From contig JAUCBJ010004851.1 in NCBI GenBank assembly GCA_032718475.1, positions 52,791 to 116,790 of the forward strand: a DNA stretch of 64,000 bases, in the 5' to 3' direction. The position numbers and the translations under genes are program-made. This document shows, piece by piece, positions 37,901 through 50,222 of this stretch; position 1 is the stretch's first letter; each line of letters begins with the position of its first letter. A model generated the notes under the pieces. That model worked only from the letters and a program-made list of their open reading frames with translations. It had not been told where the DNA came from and made no database searches. The stretch is from Nemertoderma westbladi (lineage: Eukaryota > Animalia > Xenacoelomorpha).

Positions 37901-40181
37901 ATGGAATTTAATTATGTCTACCGCGGTAGACAATGCCGACATCCAGACACCTTATCCTGCTTCAACGTCATCCCAGGCATTGATCGATGAAGTATCCGTG
38001 TCCGGACTCACAACAAAGTGTGGCGGAACCACATCAAAAGTAGAAAAGCCAAGCGCAGTGGCGCAAATATTATCAAATCAGGAGTATATTAAAGAGAATC
38101 TTAGAGCCTTAACCCGGCTGATGAAGGCAGTTTTATGCCAATTGAAGACGGCTATTCCTATTAACGATGAGGAACTGCAGGATGCTTCCCCATGCACGTA
38201 TCTACCTTTATCATCATTAGATCAATTTCATGCTCTAGAAGCCAAGCTATGCGATCTCTCCTTCTTCAACCGAATGGTTCACGAAATCCAGTGCGTTGGT
38301 GGCCCCGACTCCATGGCCACAGTCCGTGCCGCAATGCGCCATTGCATTACCAATGATCTTGGGGCGCATTTTAATTGGATAGGATCAAATGGAAAGAAGG
38401 CATTTAGAGATACGAAGGTAATTAATATATAGTATTATCAAGCAATTTGTCATCAAATTTTATACTACTCCACTCCATTCCATAATTGTTTGAATTTTAT
38501 ATTTAATTTTTTAAATTTAATAAAATGTAATAAATTTAATTAAAATTTAATAAATTTTAATTTTTTTTTTTAATGTTTTAGAAAATATTATCTATTCATT
38601 TTAAAACAAATGATGTTCTAGAACAATAATTTTTGTTATAGAACATTTTATTACACCATTTTATTATTATTTTTTTTTTATTATTTTATTTATTATTTTT
38701 TTTAAACATACGGTTTATATTTCAACAATAAAATTTGCGTACGATATAAATAAATTAAAATTGTCACGAAAAGATTTTTAGAACAAAAAATATGTATTAT
38801 AGAACATTAATAAATTTAATTAATAATCCATTATTTTTAAAACGAAAAAAGCAAAAACTAAACAATTTTCGTTACCACCTTTTTGTTTCAAAATAATGTC
38901 CTAGTCAAAACGATACCCGGTAGGCCTACTTTAAAATAAAATGTGTTGGTTGTCAGAAATTTAGTGCATAGGGACATGAAATTCTTCATTCCTTCCATTA
39001 AATAATAATACACTTCGATTTTCGTAAAATGGTTCAATCTCGATAGAGTACTCGTCTCTAGAAATGAAATCATCCTATGTTCGAATTTTGAAAAACCTCG
39101 CACATTAATCTTAAAAGGTGTTAGGTTACACGCAAAGTTTTTTTACAGGGCAATAACCAGAGTAGAAAAAATTATTACTTATTATTTTTTCTTATGTGTT
39201 TAGATTTGCAAAGCAATTACAAAGGCAGTTATGCAGTCAGGTGGCGGTGCAGTACTTCACCACATTGAGGAAAAAATGAAGGATTGGCTAAAGCACTCGA
39301 CATCCAGGAAAATGGAAGGAGAAAGGAAGAGTGGACAGGGTCAGAATAAAGATAACTGAATAAGAATAATTTTACAAATTGCCTTTAAAGTTTAGTTTAG
39401 TTTAGTTAAGTTTAGTTTGAATGTTGGTTCTAAGGTTTTTGAGTTAGATATTGAATATAATTTGCCAACATCCCAGAGCTAAAAAACATATTGCATTAGT
39501 TGTCAAATACACTGTTGTGAGTAAATTACCTTTAAAGTTTAATGTTAAGTTAATTTTGAATATTTGTTGGTTATTGATGTTATTGGGAATATATTAATTT
39601 GCTTATCTATTATCAAACTCTATAAAGTGGGACAGTAATACAGTTTAAGATTTTGAGACACATGATAAACTAAGCTATGTGTATCTAGTCTGAGACTTCA
39701 AGCAGCACATGGATAACTAAGCTAACTGGTTATCTAGTTTAAGACTTCAAGCAGAATATGAATAAAATACAAATTCATTTTACAAATTGAGTTCATTGAC
39801 AGTGGAGCTCCGATACAAATGAACGCAACTATGATGTCTATTTAGTCGTACTATAACAATTTCTGAACCGAATTATATAATGTTTAAAAATAGTTCAAAT
39901 AAGTCGTTCAACAATGGGTGATAGCTACATAATTGAACGCACAAATATCCACCTTTTGCGTTTAAATTTAGTTCAGAGCAAAACAATTATACGTTTACTA
40001 ACGATTTTGCGACGTTCAAGGCAATTCCAATATTAACGTTCGTTTGATGGGTATTTTGGTGTTGCAAAATACGTGGAAAAACACGCCATTCATAAACGTG
40101 TACTGGACTTTAACTGAACCACGTTCAGAACGTGGTTTTAACGAATTTCAACGTGAAATAGACGTTATTGTGCTACTAGGG
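34921..40181 (+). mobile_element. 3' part of an EnSpm/CACTA-like transposon with a spliced DUF4806-type ORF2 remnant
   Basis: Exon-like pieces: 34922 (IVHF..SVDWAPSTWL..IFWPP), 35570-35763, about 37581-38417 (LPLSSLDQF..VGG..VRAAM..FNWIG..KKAF) and 39204-39359 (ICKAI..MKDWLKHS), the last joined by a phase-0 GT-AG intron. AACGT-rich subterminal region ending GTGCTACTAGGG. Confidence 0.7.
36219..36877 (-). mobile_element. 5'-truncated RLE-type (CRE-like) non-LTR retrotransposon
   Basis: CCHC knuckle CSRCG..DGLHGLSC followed by RH..LND, DGKRVDG, WDATV, ENSKIKKY and PVAFETF restriction-like endonuclease motifs. GC-rich island within an AT-rich intron. Confidence 0.85.
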
Positions 40182-40514
40182 TAGATCCCAGTTTATGCTA
40201 TTAAAAGCTTTTGGTAATCATCAAGCTCATCGCGAAGCGAAATTAGATCCCACGTTTAAAGCAAAGCGAACTTAGATCTTAGGTGAACTTAGATCCCAAT
40301 TTATACAAATAGAGGAGAAGCGAACTTAGATCCCATGTGTACTGTACGCTTAAAGTACAGTAGTTGCGATCCCGAGTGACTCACCAACCAACTACAATTT
40401 GCCAATTTATAGCTAAATTCGTTGCAATGTATTATTGTGGCTAAGTTCGCTTCCCTTGAAGCGCGTGATAATATTTACAGTAAGGTCTGCGGCTAGCCTA
40501 TGGGAATGACATTG

Positions 40515-41210
40515 CACTTCTAAGCTGATTTGTTAACTAGTCTGGGACTTCGAGTAGCACGTGAACAACTAAACTGACTGGTTAACAAGTCTGGTACTTC
40601 GAGCAACACTTGAACAACTATGCTGACTGGTTAACTGGTCTAGGACTTCGAGCAGCACGTGAACAAATAAACTGGCTGGTTACCTAGTCTGGGACTTCGA
40701 TCAGCAGGTGAACAACTAAACCAGCACGTTAACTAGTCTGGGGCTTCGAGCAGCACGTGAACAACTAAACTGACTGGTTAACTAGTCTGGGACTTCCAGT
40801 AGCACGTGAACAACTAAGCTGACTGGTTAACAAGTCCGGGACTTCGAGCAGCACTTGAACAACTAAGCTGACTGGTTAACAAGTCTGGGACTTCGAGAAA
40901 AATTGCAAATTGAGGAGGGGGGCGATGTACCAGACTAGTTAACCAGACATGTACACTAGTTAACCAGTCAGCTTAGTTGTTCACGTGCTACTCGAAGTCC
41001 CAGACTAGTTGACCACTCAGCTTAGTTGTTCACGTGCTGTTCGAATACCCAAACTTGTTAACCTGTCAGCTTAATTGTTCACGTGCTACTCGAAGTCCCA
41101 GACTAGTTAACCAGTCAGCTTAGTTGTTCACGTGCTACTCGAAGTCCCAGACTAGTTGACCACTCAGCTTAGTTTTTCACGTGCCGCTCGAAGCCCCAGA
41201 CTAGTTAACC
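40515..41210. repeat. 49-bp satellite in two oppositely oriented arrays
   Basis: Unit AACTAGTCTGGGACTTCGAGCAGCACGTGAACAACTAAGCTGACTGGTT. About 8 copies forward to about 40897, then about 5-6 reverse-complement copies from about 40930. Confidence 0.92.
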
Positions 41211-41503
41211 TTCTATCTCCCAGTGTTCCCAATTGGGAGCATTTTTATAAATTCAAGTGGAGGAAATTTAATATAGGCTTATATTACTTTTTTTAATGTT
41301 AATATTTTTAGGAAGAGTGGAATATTGTTTTTTATTTTCAACTTCAAGTGTTTTCAAACTTCAAGTTGGTCTTTTGGCATGCCAATTTTGCCAATTCTCA
41401 TTTTTTTTTTATTTTTGGAACATGCAAACAATAGTGGTCAAAAACGTTACAAATTTGATATTCCAAACCAGTGGCGACATTAAAATTAGACTTTTAAATA
41501 ATA

Positions 41504-42237
41504 CAGTCCCAATCCCAATAAGCATTAACTTGGTCATTTTGGCGGCCAAAATGACCGAAATGGCCAAATATAAATTGCGGCATTCATGAAAGGAACTTCT
41601 GAGGCGAGTTGGCTTGTCAATCACAGCCAGTGAATAGAGGCAGAGTGTAAGTAAAGCCCAGTATGTTGGCAGATAGAAAAAGGCTTCACCGGACATTCCC
41701 TCCCCAACCCCCCACCCGGACAGTTCCGTTCTGTTCGAGTAGGACACGTCTATTTTTCATTTTGTAAGGTAAACGGACCGCTTGTATCCAGACAAGTTTT
41801 ACAGTATCCAATATCCCTTTATATTTTGCATCCCGATTTTACATTTTTTATCCAAATTTTATTTATGGATTTCATCAATTCAATTACACTGTATTGTTCG
41901 TTAATCTTTAAACAATTATGTAATTACTGTAGATATACTGTTTTGTTTACTAGAGTTATAATAATTAATAGTTTTAATTATGAGCATTATTATCTAATTG
42001 TTTTCTTCAAATTGTAGCAGATGTGGTTGACTATTATTGATGCAATCAAAATTTATACCTCTCCAGGGGAAAATCGACATGCGTCGACCTGTATTCTGTG
42101 TTCAGCATTAATGCATGTTAAATCGCTTCGCCAAAACGACCAAGTAGTAGCCCATAGGAATACACTACATTTTTTTGGCGATTTGGTCATTTTGGCCGCC
42201 AAAACGACCAAGTTAATGCTTATTGGGATTGGGAATG
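41504..42237. mobile_element. Tc1/mariner-type MITE
   Basis: TIR of about 60 bp (CAGTCCCAATCCCAATAAGCATTAACTTGGTC...) flanked by TA on both sides. Confidence 0.8.
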
Positions 42238-42804
42238 TATGACATTATTATTTGAAAAAAATTTTTTTAGAAAAACGACCATCTTGTGCCAAATTACTCC
42301 CTTTAAGGGGGGGGGGGGGGGGGGGTGGGGTGTACACCATTTTCGAACAACTCTTCGATTTATCACTCTCAGCGTTTCAAAATTGTTTGGTTCGGGCCTA
42401 AGATGCTATTCTACATGCCAGGTCAGAAAATTTTTTTTTTCGCTATTTAATATTAGTTAATACTAGTTATCAATAAAAAAAACTTGGTTGCGCTTAAAAC
42501 CCTAAGGCTTTTACAGTTTTGAATCTAATCACATGAAAGTTTTTTTATATGATATATCAAAGATGGGGCAACATAACCATCAGGCGAAATTTTGTGAAAA
42601 TAATTCTGCACCGCAGAATTATTTACGTTACGGTAATACGCAAATTATTTTTTTCGGAATTCAGAAACGTAACGTAATTTGGAAATTATTCCGAAATGTA
42701 ATAGCGTAACGTAAAAAGTTCAGTTTTTCAAACGTAACGTAACGTAACGTACAGTATAACATCCTTGATCAGTTGTTTAAAACAAGTGTGACGGTACTGT
42801 ATGA

Positions 42805-43165
42805 AGGTTAAAAGAACAGGTTACAGAGGCATGCTTTTCTAACCACAACAATAAAAGATCACTTTACCAATCGAGGGAAAGGAGCAGGTTACATAGACGG
42901 CAATTTCTAACCAAAACAATAAATGATAACATTACCAAGTGAGTGAAAGGAACAGATTACAGAGGCAGGCTTTTCTAACCAAAACAATTAACAGAAGTAG
43001 GCTTTTCTAAAACAATAAACGTTCACTTTACCAAAAGAGGGAAAGGAACAGGTTGCAGAGGCGGGATTTTCTAACCCGTCCAAAACAATATACGATCACT
43101 TAATTAATTAAAAGAAAAGATAAGGTTACAGGCGGGCTTTTCTAACCAAAACAATAAACTATTAT
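42805..43165. repeat. Degenerate tandem repeat of about 60-65 bp
   Basis: Recurrent AAAGGAACAGGTTACAGAGGC..TTTTCTAACCAAAACAATAAA, with related copies at 33835-33940 and about 30716. Confidence 0.7.
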
Positions 43166-43595
43166 TTAACAATTTAGGAAATGGATTATTTTACGGCGGC
43201 ATGATTTTATGTATATTTGTAAATATCCTTTATTGGGACAACCTCTTTCATCCGGTCTTTTTGGCTAAATACGGCCCGATGGGACTATCCAAGTTGGAAT
43301 GAGTAGTTTTTTCTACCACATACTGTCGGAGTTTGTGGACTGATCTGTTCTGTTGGAACTGGTGGTGCGGCTATCCGTAATACTGTAGTACACAGACAGT
43401 AGATACATTATAAACTGATAAATGTGAAAGGTACAGTAAAGCCTGTTTGGCCTATTAATTATTTGAAATATATTTCGATAACTATTTAAAAGGTAGGCTA
43501 CAGTATCGGCACTGAAGTTAGTTAATTAATTAGCATCATTCTGTCATCACAAGATCAGTACCTAATGTAGTATAATACAGTATTATTCTTTTTAA

Positions 43596-44370
43596 GGGGG
43601 GACTCCCCCCCCCCCCCCCCCCCATGAACACTTTTTTAAAATGTTTACAATTTCTACTGAAATTAAAATATTTTGATTTTATACAGTATGGGATGTTAAA
43701 ATATGGCTAAACATTTGTTTTTTCGAAAAATTTTCAAATTTCAAGTCGCCTTCTAGCGGCCATTGAATGAAACAATATTTGCGGTTAAAATGCTACTAGT
43801 CATTCAATTTTAGGTGAAATTAAAACTTTGATTTAGCCATTTCTTAAAATTAATTAATATTTGGCAAAATTTAAACAAATTTTTGGCTTTAATCTGAAAA
43901 ATTGGCTGTAAAAACAGAAATATGAACTAATAACTTTTAAAGAACAGCCGAATCCCTTTCGAATGAGCCAATAATAAAAAAATTGGTTAAAAAATGGCGG
44001 AGGGGTAGTAATTTTAAAAATGAAAAATGTCATTCCAAGATAATTATGACTTCAAAGTTTTGGTCTGGTTGGTTAATCATTTCTGGCATGATAGAAGCGC
44101 ATCACCGGTGTAAAACTGTCATTATGAGGGTTTTCGGGGTCGCTGATTTCCTTTCAGTGGAATCTAGTCTGCCTGTCTGTTTTGCCAGTCTGTTTTACAA
44201 TTTGACAGACAGACCATCATACAGAAAAACAGCGATAACTCGAGAAATAAAAGAGGTTTAGCTAAGCGGTTTTCAGATTTGAAAACCTCATTAAATTCTG
44301 CTATAGATTAAATCAAAAAACACGATTTGAAATTATGACATGGGGGGGGGGGGGGGGTGGTACTCCCCCC
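43596..44370. mobile_element. Kolobok-like non-autonomous element
   Basis: TTAA on both flanks, GGGGGGA...TCCCCCC termini and inverted C/G runs. A related sequence lies at about 27830-28370. Confidence 0.6.
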
Positions 44371-44785
44371 TTAAGGAATAGTAGGCTTTGGGTACATACT
44401 GTACAATACAGCAATACTGCAAAGTACTGCTGTATACTGATACAGGTACAATACTGGTTGCCTAAGAGAACAGCAGTATAGCTGTATAGATACAGGTGGC
44501 ATGAAACCTAATCGTAAATTTCCGGAGGACATAAAACAGTAAAAAGTCAAAATCAGAGGACACAATGAGTGATTTCAACGAACAAGAAAAATTATTGTGT
44601 ATTTTTAGTAACGATTTATAAAATACACAGCGCGGGAAATTCAAAGTTACAGTAGTTTAAGCTGGTGTCAGCTGTCAGCATCTTCCAATAGGCGGATTAC
44701 AGTTATAGAGGCAATACATAACTTCAGTACCGGTAGGCCTACTTCCATCTGTGTAGCATGGCGGTAGCCATGCGGTAGCCATTAA

Positions 44786-45913
44786 ATGAATTCCAGAATA
44801 CCTAGATCAGAGGGGGTGTCATGCTGTCATATGGATACTGATGGAGGCGGAGGGTCTGACTCTTCCATGGCGACGAAAGAAGGTCGCGACCCCCTTATCC
44901 CTCACATCCAATGCCAATCCAGCCAATCATGTACTCCATCTATATCAATGTTAACGAAACACTTCCTTTCTATGAGGCCGTTGTCGGTAATATTTAAAGA
45001 AGTCATCAATATCCATAGCAACGGCGACGCATCGGCACAGGACACTATACTGAAACTAACGGTGGACCACCCAATAGCGAAGGAATTCCCACCCTCGAGA
45101 ACTTATCTTATAAACTTCCTCAAGTTTCTCATTAATAATGTTACCGAAGTTAGCGACATGGTGTATGAAAGATTCTCTCCGCTTATGGCTCAACCCGATT
45201 CGCAGACCAACTGCTTCCGGACTTACGTTTTACCCTGCGACTGCTGCGTGACTATTCGCGAGAACGTTGTCACCCTATCTGGGGGAACTACCGGTTTGGT
45301 TAGCTGGCCAGCGGGTTTCTCGCTGACGGAATGGTTGAGTGCACGACTCCATCTTACGGACGGTAAACGAATCCTAGAGTTGGGATGCGGCGCGGGTTTG
45401 TCCGGTATAATTACGTGTATGACGTCACTTCCTGCGGGGTACACGTTTACGGACGCGAGCGTAAACGTTCTGGACAATTTACGCGAGAATATTCGCATTA
45501 ACTGCCTCAACTCAAAGTCTTCTCATTGCAAACAGAATCATCAGCTTCAAAAGGATTACATTAGAGTGCAGCCCCTTGATTGGAGTTTGTCTAATTGCGA
45601 TCAAGCGGTTGACAGAGATGTATACGATATTATTGTCGCCGCTGATGTGACCTTTGACCCCGAGAGTCTACCAGGTCTAGTTAACCTACTCCATTATCTG
45701 TTATCAACCAGCAACTCAGCCAATCCATCTCGCTGCGCTTATATTTCTTGCACTATTAGAAATCCAACTACTCATACATTGTTTACTCAGTTGCTGGACA
45801 ACGCCGGTCTTATTACTGTTTACGAAAACATTGACAGACCCGAGTTGTTCTATTACGACAGGAATCAACAATTTGCTGTCCTTAACATAAAAATGAGCTT
45901 CCCTTTCAAATAA
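44786..45913 (+). CDS. EEF2KMT: Protein-lysine N-methyltransferase EEF2KMT/FAM86-like, intronless
   Basis: FAM86-like N-domain (HPIAKEFPPSRTYLINFLKFLI), GTTGLVSWPAG, SAM motif I ILELGCGAGLSG, FTD, LDW, IIVAADVTFDP, TIRNPTT, with AATAAA downstream. The true start may be a downstream Met. Confidence 0.88.
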   Translation: MNSRIPRSEGVSCCHMDTDGGGGSDSSMATKEGRDPLIPHIQCQSSQSCTPSISMLTKHFLSMRPLSVIFKEVINIHSNGDASAQDTILKLTVDHPIAKEFPPSRTYLINFLKFLINNVTEVSDMVYERFSPLMAQPDSQTNCFRTYVLPCDCCVTIRENVVTLSGGTTGLVSWPAGFSLTEWLSARLHLTDGKRILELGCGAGLSGIITCMTSLPAGYTFTDASVNVLDNLRENIRINCLNSKSSHCKQNHQLQKDYIRVQPLDWSLSNCDQAVDRDVYDIIVAADVTFDPESLPGLVNLLHYLLSTSNSANPSRCAYISCTIRNPTTHTLFTQLLDNAGLITVYENIDRPELFYYDRNQQFAVLNIKMSFPFK

Positions 45914-46365
45914 TATTTCTGCAAATTTTGTTATTCTGTATATATATAGGGTGAGTGAGGGAGACTTGAGAGTTATAATCGCTCTAAATAACATATAAAT
46001 AAATTTTTCAATGCCGTTTTAACTTTTTCACATTACATTTATGATTGCTACTGTATCATTATGTGAGAGTTTGAGATTTTCAACTCTTAAACTTTTTTTA
46101 TTAAACCAATTATTCGTATTTTCGAAAAAGCGTCAAGTCTCCCTCAATGGGGGGAGACTTGACACCTAGGGTGGGAGACTTGAACCCCACCTCGCATACT
46201 TGTAAATTCGTTCAAAAATGCAGAGGAAGTGTAATAATTACATGTTCAACATGTCTATTTTCTAGTAGAGCAAAAAAAATTCAAAAAATGCGATTGTTAA
46301 ATTCTTAAAATATTAATCCAAAATTTTATACAAATTTAGGTGGTCGTTCACATGGTTCTCCCAAC

Positions 46366-49300
46366 TTAACTACTACTACTAGGTCGAGCGAACTCGGACA
46401 GTGGAAATGAGATCCTTCCAGGCTTCCCGATTCTCCATAGTTGTCGCAATTTCGTTTCTCCCAAGTTCAGTATCCCTTTCAAGTTGATCTATATATGTTA
46501 CGGCCGGTCGTCCACGACTACGCTTTCCATGAGTTGGTTGCCAGAAAAGTAGATCTGGTATGACCTCGTCTTTACTTCGCCAGCAGTGCCCACTGAATCT
46601 TAATCTGCTTTCATGGAGGGTGGTTGATACAGGTGGTATTGTACCATAAAGCTCGGCATTTGTCATGTGTTGTCTCCAGTTGATGTTTAGGGCTGCCCTT
46701 AGTAGTCTTGTGTAGCAACCATCAATTCATTGTTCAAGTGATTTAGTCAGTGTCCAGGTCTCACCCCCGTATAAAAATACACTTTCCACTGTGGCTCGAA
46801 AGAACTTAGTCTTCAGGTGCCTGGAGAGATCTGATTTCCAGATGGTATTCATTTTTGATAGAGCTACCCAAGCCTTTGCTTTCCTAACTTCTATGTCCTT
46901 TTTGCTACTCTCTATCCATGATCCAAGGTACTGGAAGTCGTCAACCTTCCTTAGTTGATTATTGTCAATGGTTGTCAAGTTTCCATCACCATTAAAGGTC
47001 ATGGATTCGGTCTTGGTAGCATTTATATGCATTCCAACCTCCTTAGCAGCCCTCTTCACTTTATTTAGTAGAAGCTGTGCATCTGCTAGGGTATTAGAGA
47101 GCAGGGCGATGTCATCCGCAAAGTCGGTGTCTGTGACTGTAGTTTCCGGATATCTACTACTTCTGCGTTCTTGAAGTGTGAATGCCAGGTCTTCACCCTT
47201 TGTGGCTGTCCTCATTGCGTAATCCAGCACAATTACAAATAGTAATGGTAATAATGTGTCACCTTGCAGTACGCCAGCCAGGATTGAGAAAAAACCCAGT
47301 TTCATCATCTGGTGAGAGTACCTGCGCTTCTGTGTCACAATATAACAATCCAATGCCAGCAACAATTACTTCTGGTATTCCATAAGCTCTTAGGATTTCA
47401 AGCATTTTACCTCTATGGATGGAGTCGAATGCCTTCTTGAAGTCCACAAAAGTCATGACTGCGGGGAGATTCTTTGACTTAATTCCTTCAATCAGTCTCC
47501 GTAGTGCAAGTATCTGAGCTATTGTTGATCTACTTGGTCGAAATCCGTTTTGGCTCTTACGCAGTAGTTTCTCTATGTGAGGCCTAATCCTATATAGAAT
47601 CATTTTATTCTATATTTTGGCAGCTACCACAAGCAGACAGATCCCACGATAGTTTATTGGTATGCCGAGGTCTCCTTTCTTGGGGAGAGGCTTTAGTTGA
47701 CCTTTAGTCCAAATTGGTGGTGGCTTTTCCCCTTTTAACATCCGGTTGCAAACATTCAATAATGGTCTATTTAGCACTCCGGTTTTCCATACCTCCGCTG
47801 GGATTTCATCTAATCCACTCGCTTTATTATTGGACATGCTTTTAATGCTTCTTTGGAGTTCGGCAGGTGTGAAGTCCCCTGTTTCTACTGTATAGGTAGT
47901 GTCTTGTCATATATTTTCCTTGTAGGGCTGACCTCGATGTTTGGTGGCTGCCCAAGCAAGTTGCTGAAGTGAATTTTCCACTTCCCAACACGTTCTTCAG
48001 GACTATCGGCTTTGAGGCGCCCCTTTGCACAACTTTTCCGACCAGATACCTCATTTACAGTTTGCCAGGTAAGTCTTGATTGTTGCTGTATGTGAGCAGT
48101 TGTAATTGCTTCAGTTTTATCCTGTATGTACTTTTCCTGGCTGATGTTGTAGGCCAATTTAAGATCGTCCTTAGCTTTCTCAACCTTGTTAATGTTTTCG
48201 GTTGTTCGGTTTTAACTTTGTAGGCTATCTTAAGATCTTCTCTCTTACAAGTAACCTCAGAGTTTTGCCATGGCACATACTGTTTTCGTTTAGGTTTCTG
48301 GGGGATATGCCTCTTAGCTGATTACTTGTGGGCTGTTATTATATTCTGGTATATTGAATCGGTGGATTGGTCTTCATCCATTGACTGAAGTGCTTCAAAG
48401 CGGTTTTGAACTTCTACTGTATAAGCATCCTTTACAGCATTGTCAGTTCTGAGTTTCTCTCAGTCATAGTTGATTTGCTTGCTTGTCCTGGGTTTGCTGG
48501 ATCTCAAGCTGAGTCTGATCTCTGCAGTCACAATTCTGTGGTCCGAACCAATTAGGTTGAACGAGCTGTATGCCTCGCAGTTGATCATGCTATTTCTCCA
48601 CCTTTTGTTTATAAGGATGTAATCCAGTTGTGCTTTGGTTCCATTAGGGTATTGAAAGGTCCATAGCTTCCCCTTACTCGTGTTGTTTGTTGGTATCAAT
48701 TCACATTCTTCCATTAGGTTTAAAAGTAAGTACCCATTTCTGTTAGAACTGGTGTTGTAGGTGTAACCCTTGATGTCTTCTGGGCCAATTTGCGCATTCA
48801 GGTCACCAGCAATGACTTTAACATTGTATTTCGGGATGTCCTTAATAAGTCCAGTCAGTTCTTCATAAAACTTGACTGCTTGTTCTGGCTCTGATGCATT
48901 GGTTGGACTGTAGCAACATATAACTGTTGTCTTGGGATTCCCATCAAATGTTGCGATCATAACCCTGGAATTTATAGATTCGATGTTGTTTAGGGTCTTA
49001 AGTGCAAATGGGCTTAGCAGAATTCCTACTCCACCAATTGATGCATTGGCCGAGTTTCTTACTGCTGAGCTTGTTACTAACGTCCATCCATTTCCAATGT
49101 CATTGTACTTCATGGCAGTGTCTTCATGACAAATCCGATGTTCTTGGATGCAGATGATGTCGATGTTATATTCCATTGCCAGAGCAACCATGTCACCCTG
49201 TTTGCTGTGCTTTCAGCGTGCGTGCGTTCATTGTAGCAATCTTTAGTGTCTTTTTACATTTCAACAGGTTGGTTCTTCTTTCTTCTCTGTCTTCTGTTCC

Positions 49301-49907
49301 AGTAGCCAATTTATCGACCCCAGCCTGGTGTACCACTGAGGGACGCGGTCCTTGTTGACCCGGGCGACGACCGAGCCGGTATTTCTCCTGGAGGGTTCTC
49401 ATACTCATATCTTTCAGTTGCGGGAGTAAACTGCTTGTGGTCGCAACTCCTACAAGCGTCTTCGCAGTAGGTCGCCGTTGGTTGATTACCTTCCGCCGAC
49501 CTTGTCAGCATGTCTAGCCGTTGGTTGATTACCTTCCGCCTATCCATGGCCTACAGCCCAGCTGCCGACTGTAGGGGTCCATTTGTTACACCCTGAACCA
49601 AGTGTGCCTCCTGGGTTAGGTTACCTAACACTGGTAGAGGAGCATCCAGTATAGACAGGGCGGGGCGTGTATCATCTCTAATGCAGATGCGGAAGCCTTT
49701 GCCTTCAATGGTGCCCTAGGCGCTATAGCCCTCAATGACTTATTTAGTTGACGGGGCTGAACCAACCCACTCTTGATCAACTAAATAATGAATATTGAAT
49801 AGGCTATGCTTATCGGGCCTGCCCTACTGGGCTGACAGCTACAGGTAGTACCACATTACTGCCATAGTGGTAGCAGGATCTGGGGACCTGACCTGACCTG
49901 ATACAGC
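46366..49907 (-). mobile_element. Apparently full-length but decayed RTE-like LINE (APE endonuclease + RT)
   Basis: IATMNARTL, CIQEHR, GVGILL, CYSPTN, GDLNA, QLDYIL, SDH; QNGFR, FVDFKKAFDSI, GVLQGD, FADDIAL, YLGS. (TAG)n tail right at the stop codon and a 31-bp TSD. Confidence 0.92.
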
Positions 49908-50222
49908 TTTAGGTGGTCGTTCACATGGTTCTCCCAACAAGAACTGAATAAATAATAGTTCATTAAAATTGCATTAAAATTTAACGCGGGAAGGTACTTT
50001 TTATTAATGAATATCTTGTATAATTTTCAATCCAGGCATATATTAATTATTTTCCTGTAATTCTATTGATGTGTGCCGCTTTCTGACGAAGTGGCATCTT
50101 GTTTAACCTGTCAATCACCCAGTTGGCGGGCTACTAACTACATTGCAAAGAAGGAAGGAAGAGTTGGTTGGCTTGGCTGGGTATATCAAGGCCTCTCTCT
50201 CTTTCTCCCTGGCCACTCCATT

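Noticed and set aside
40515-41210. CRISPR-like array
   Set aside because: The units are contiguous with no unique spacers, there are no cas genes, and the context is eukaryotic.
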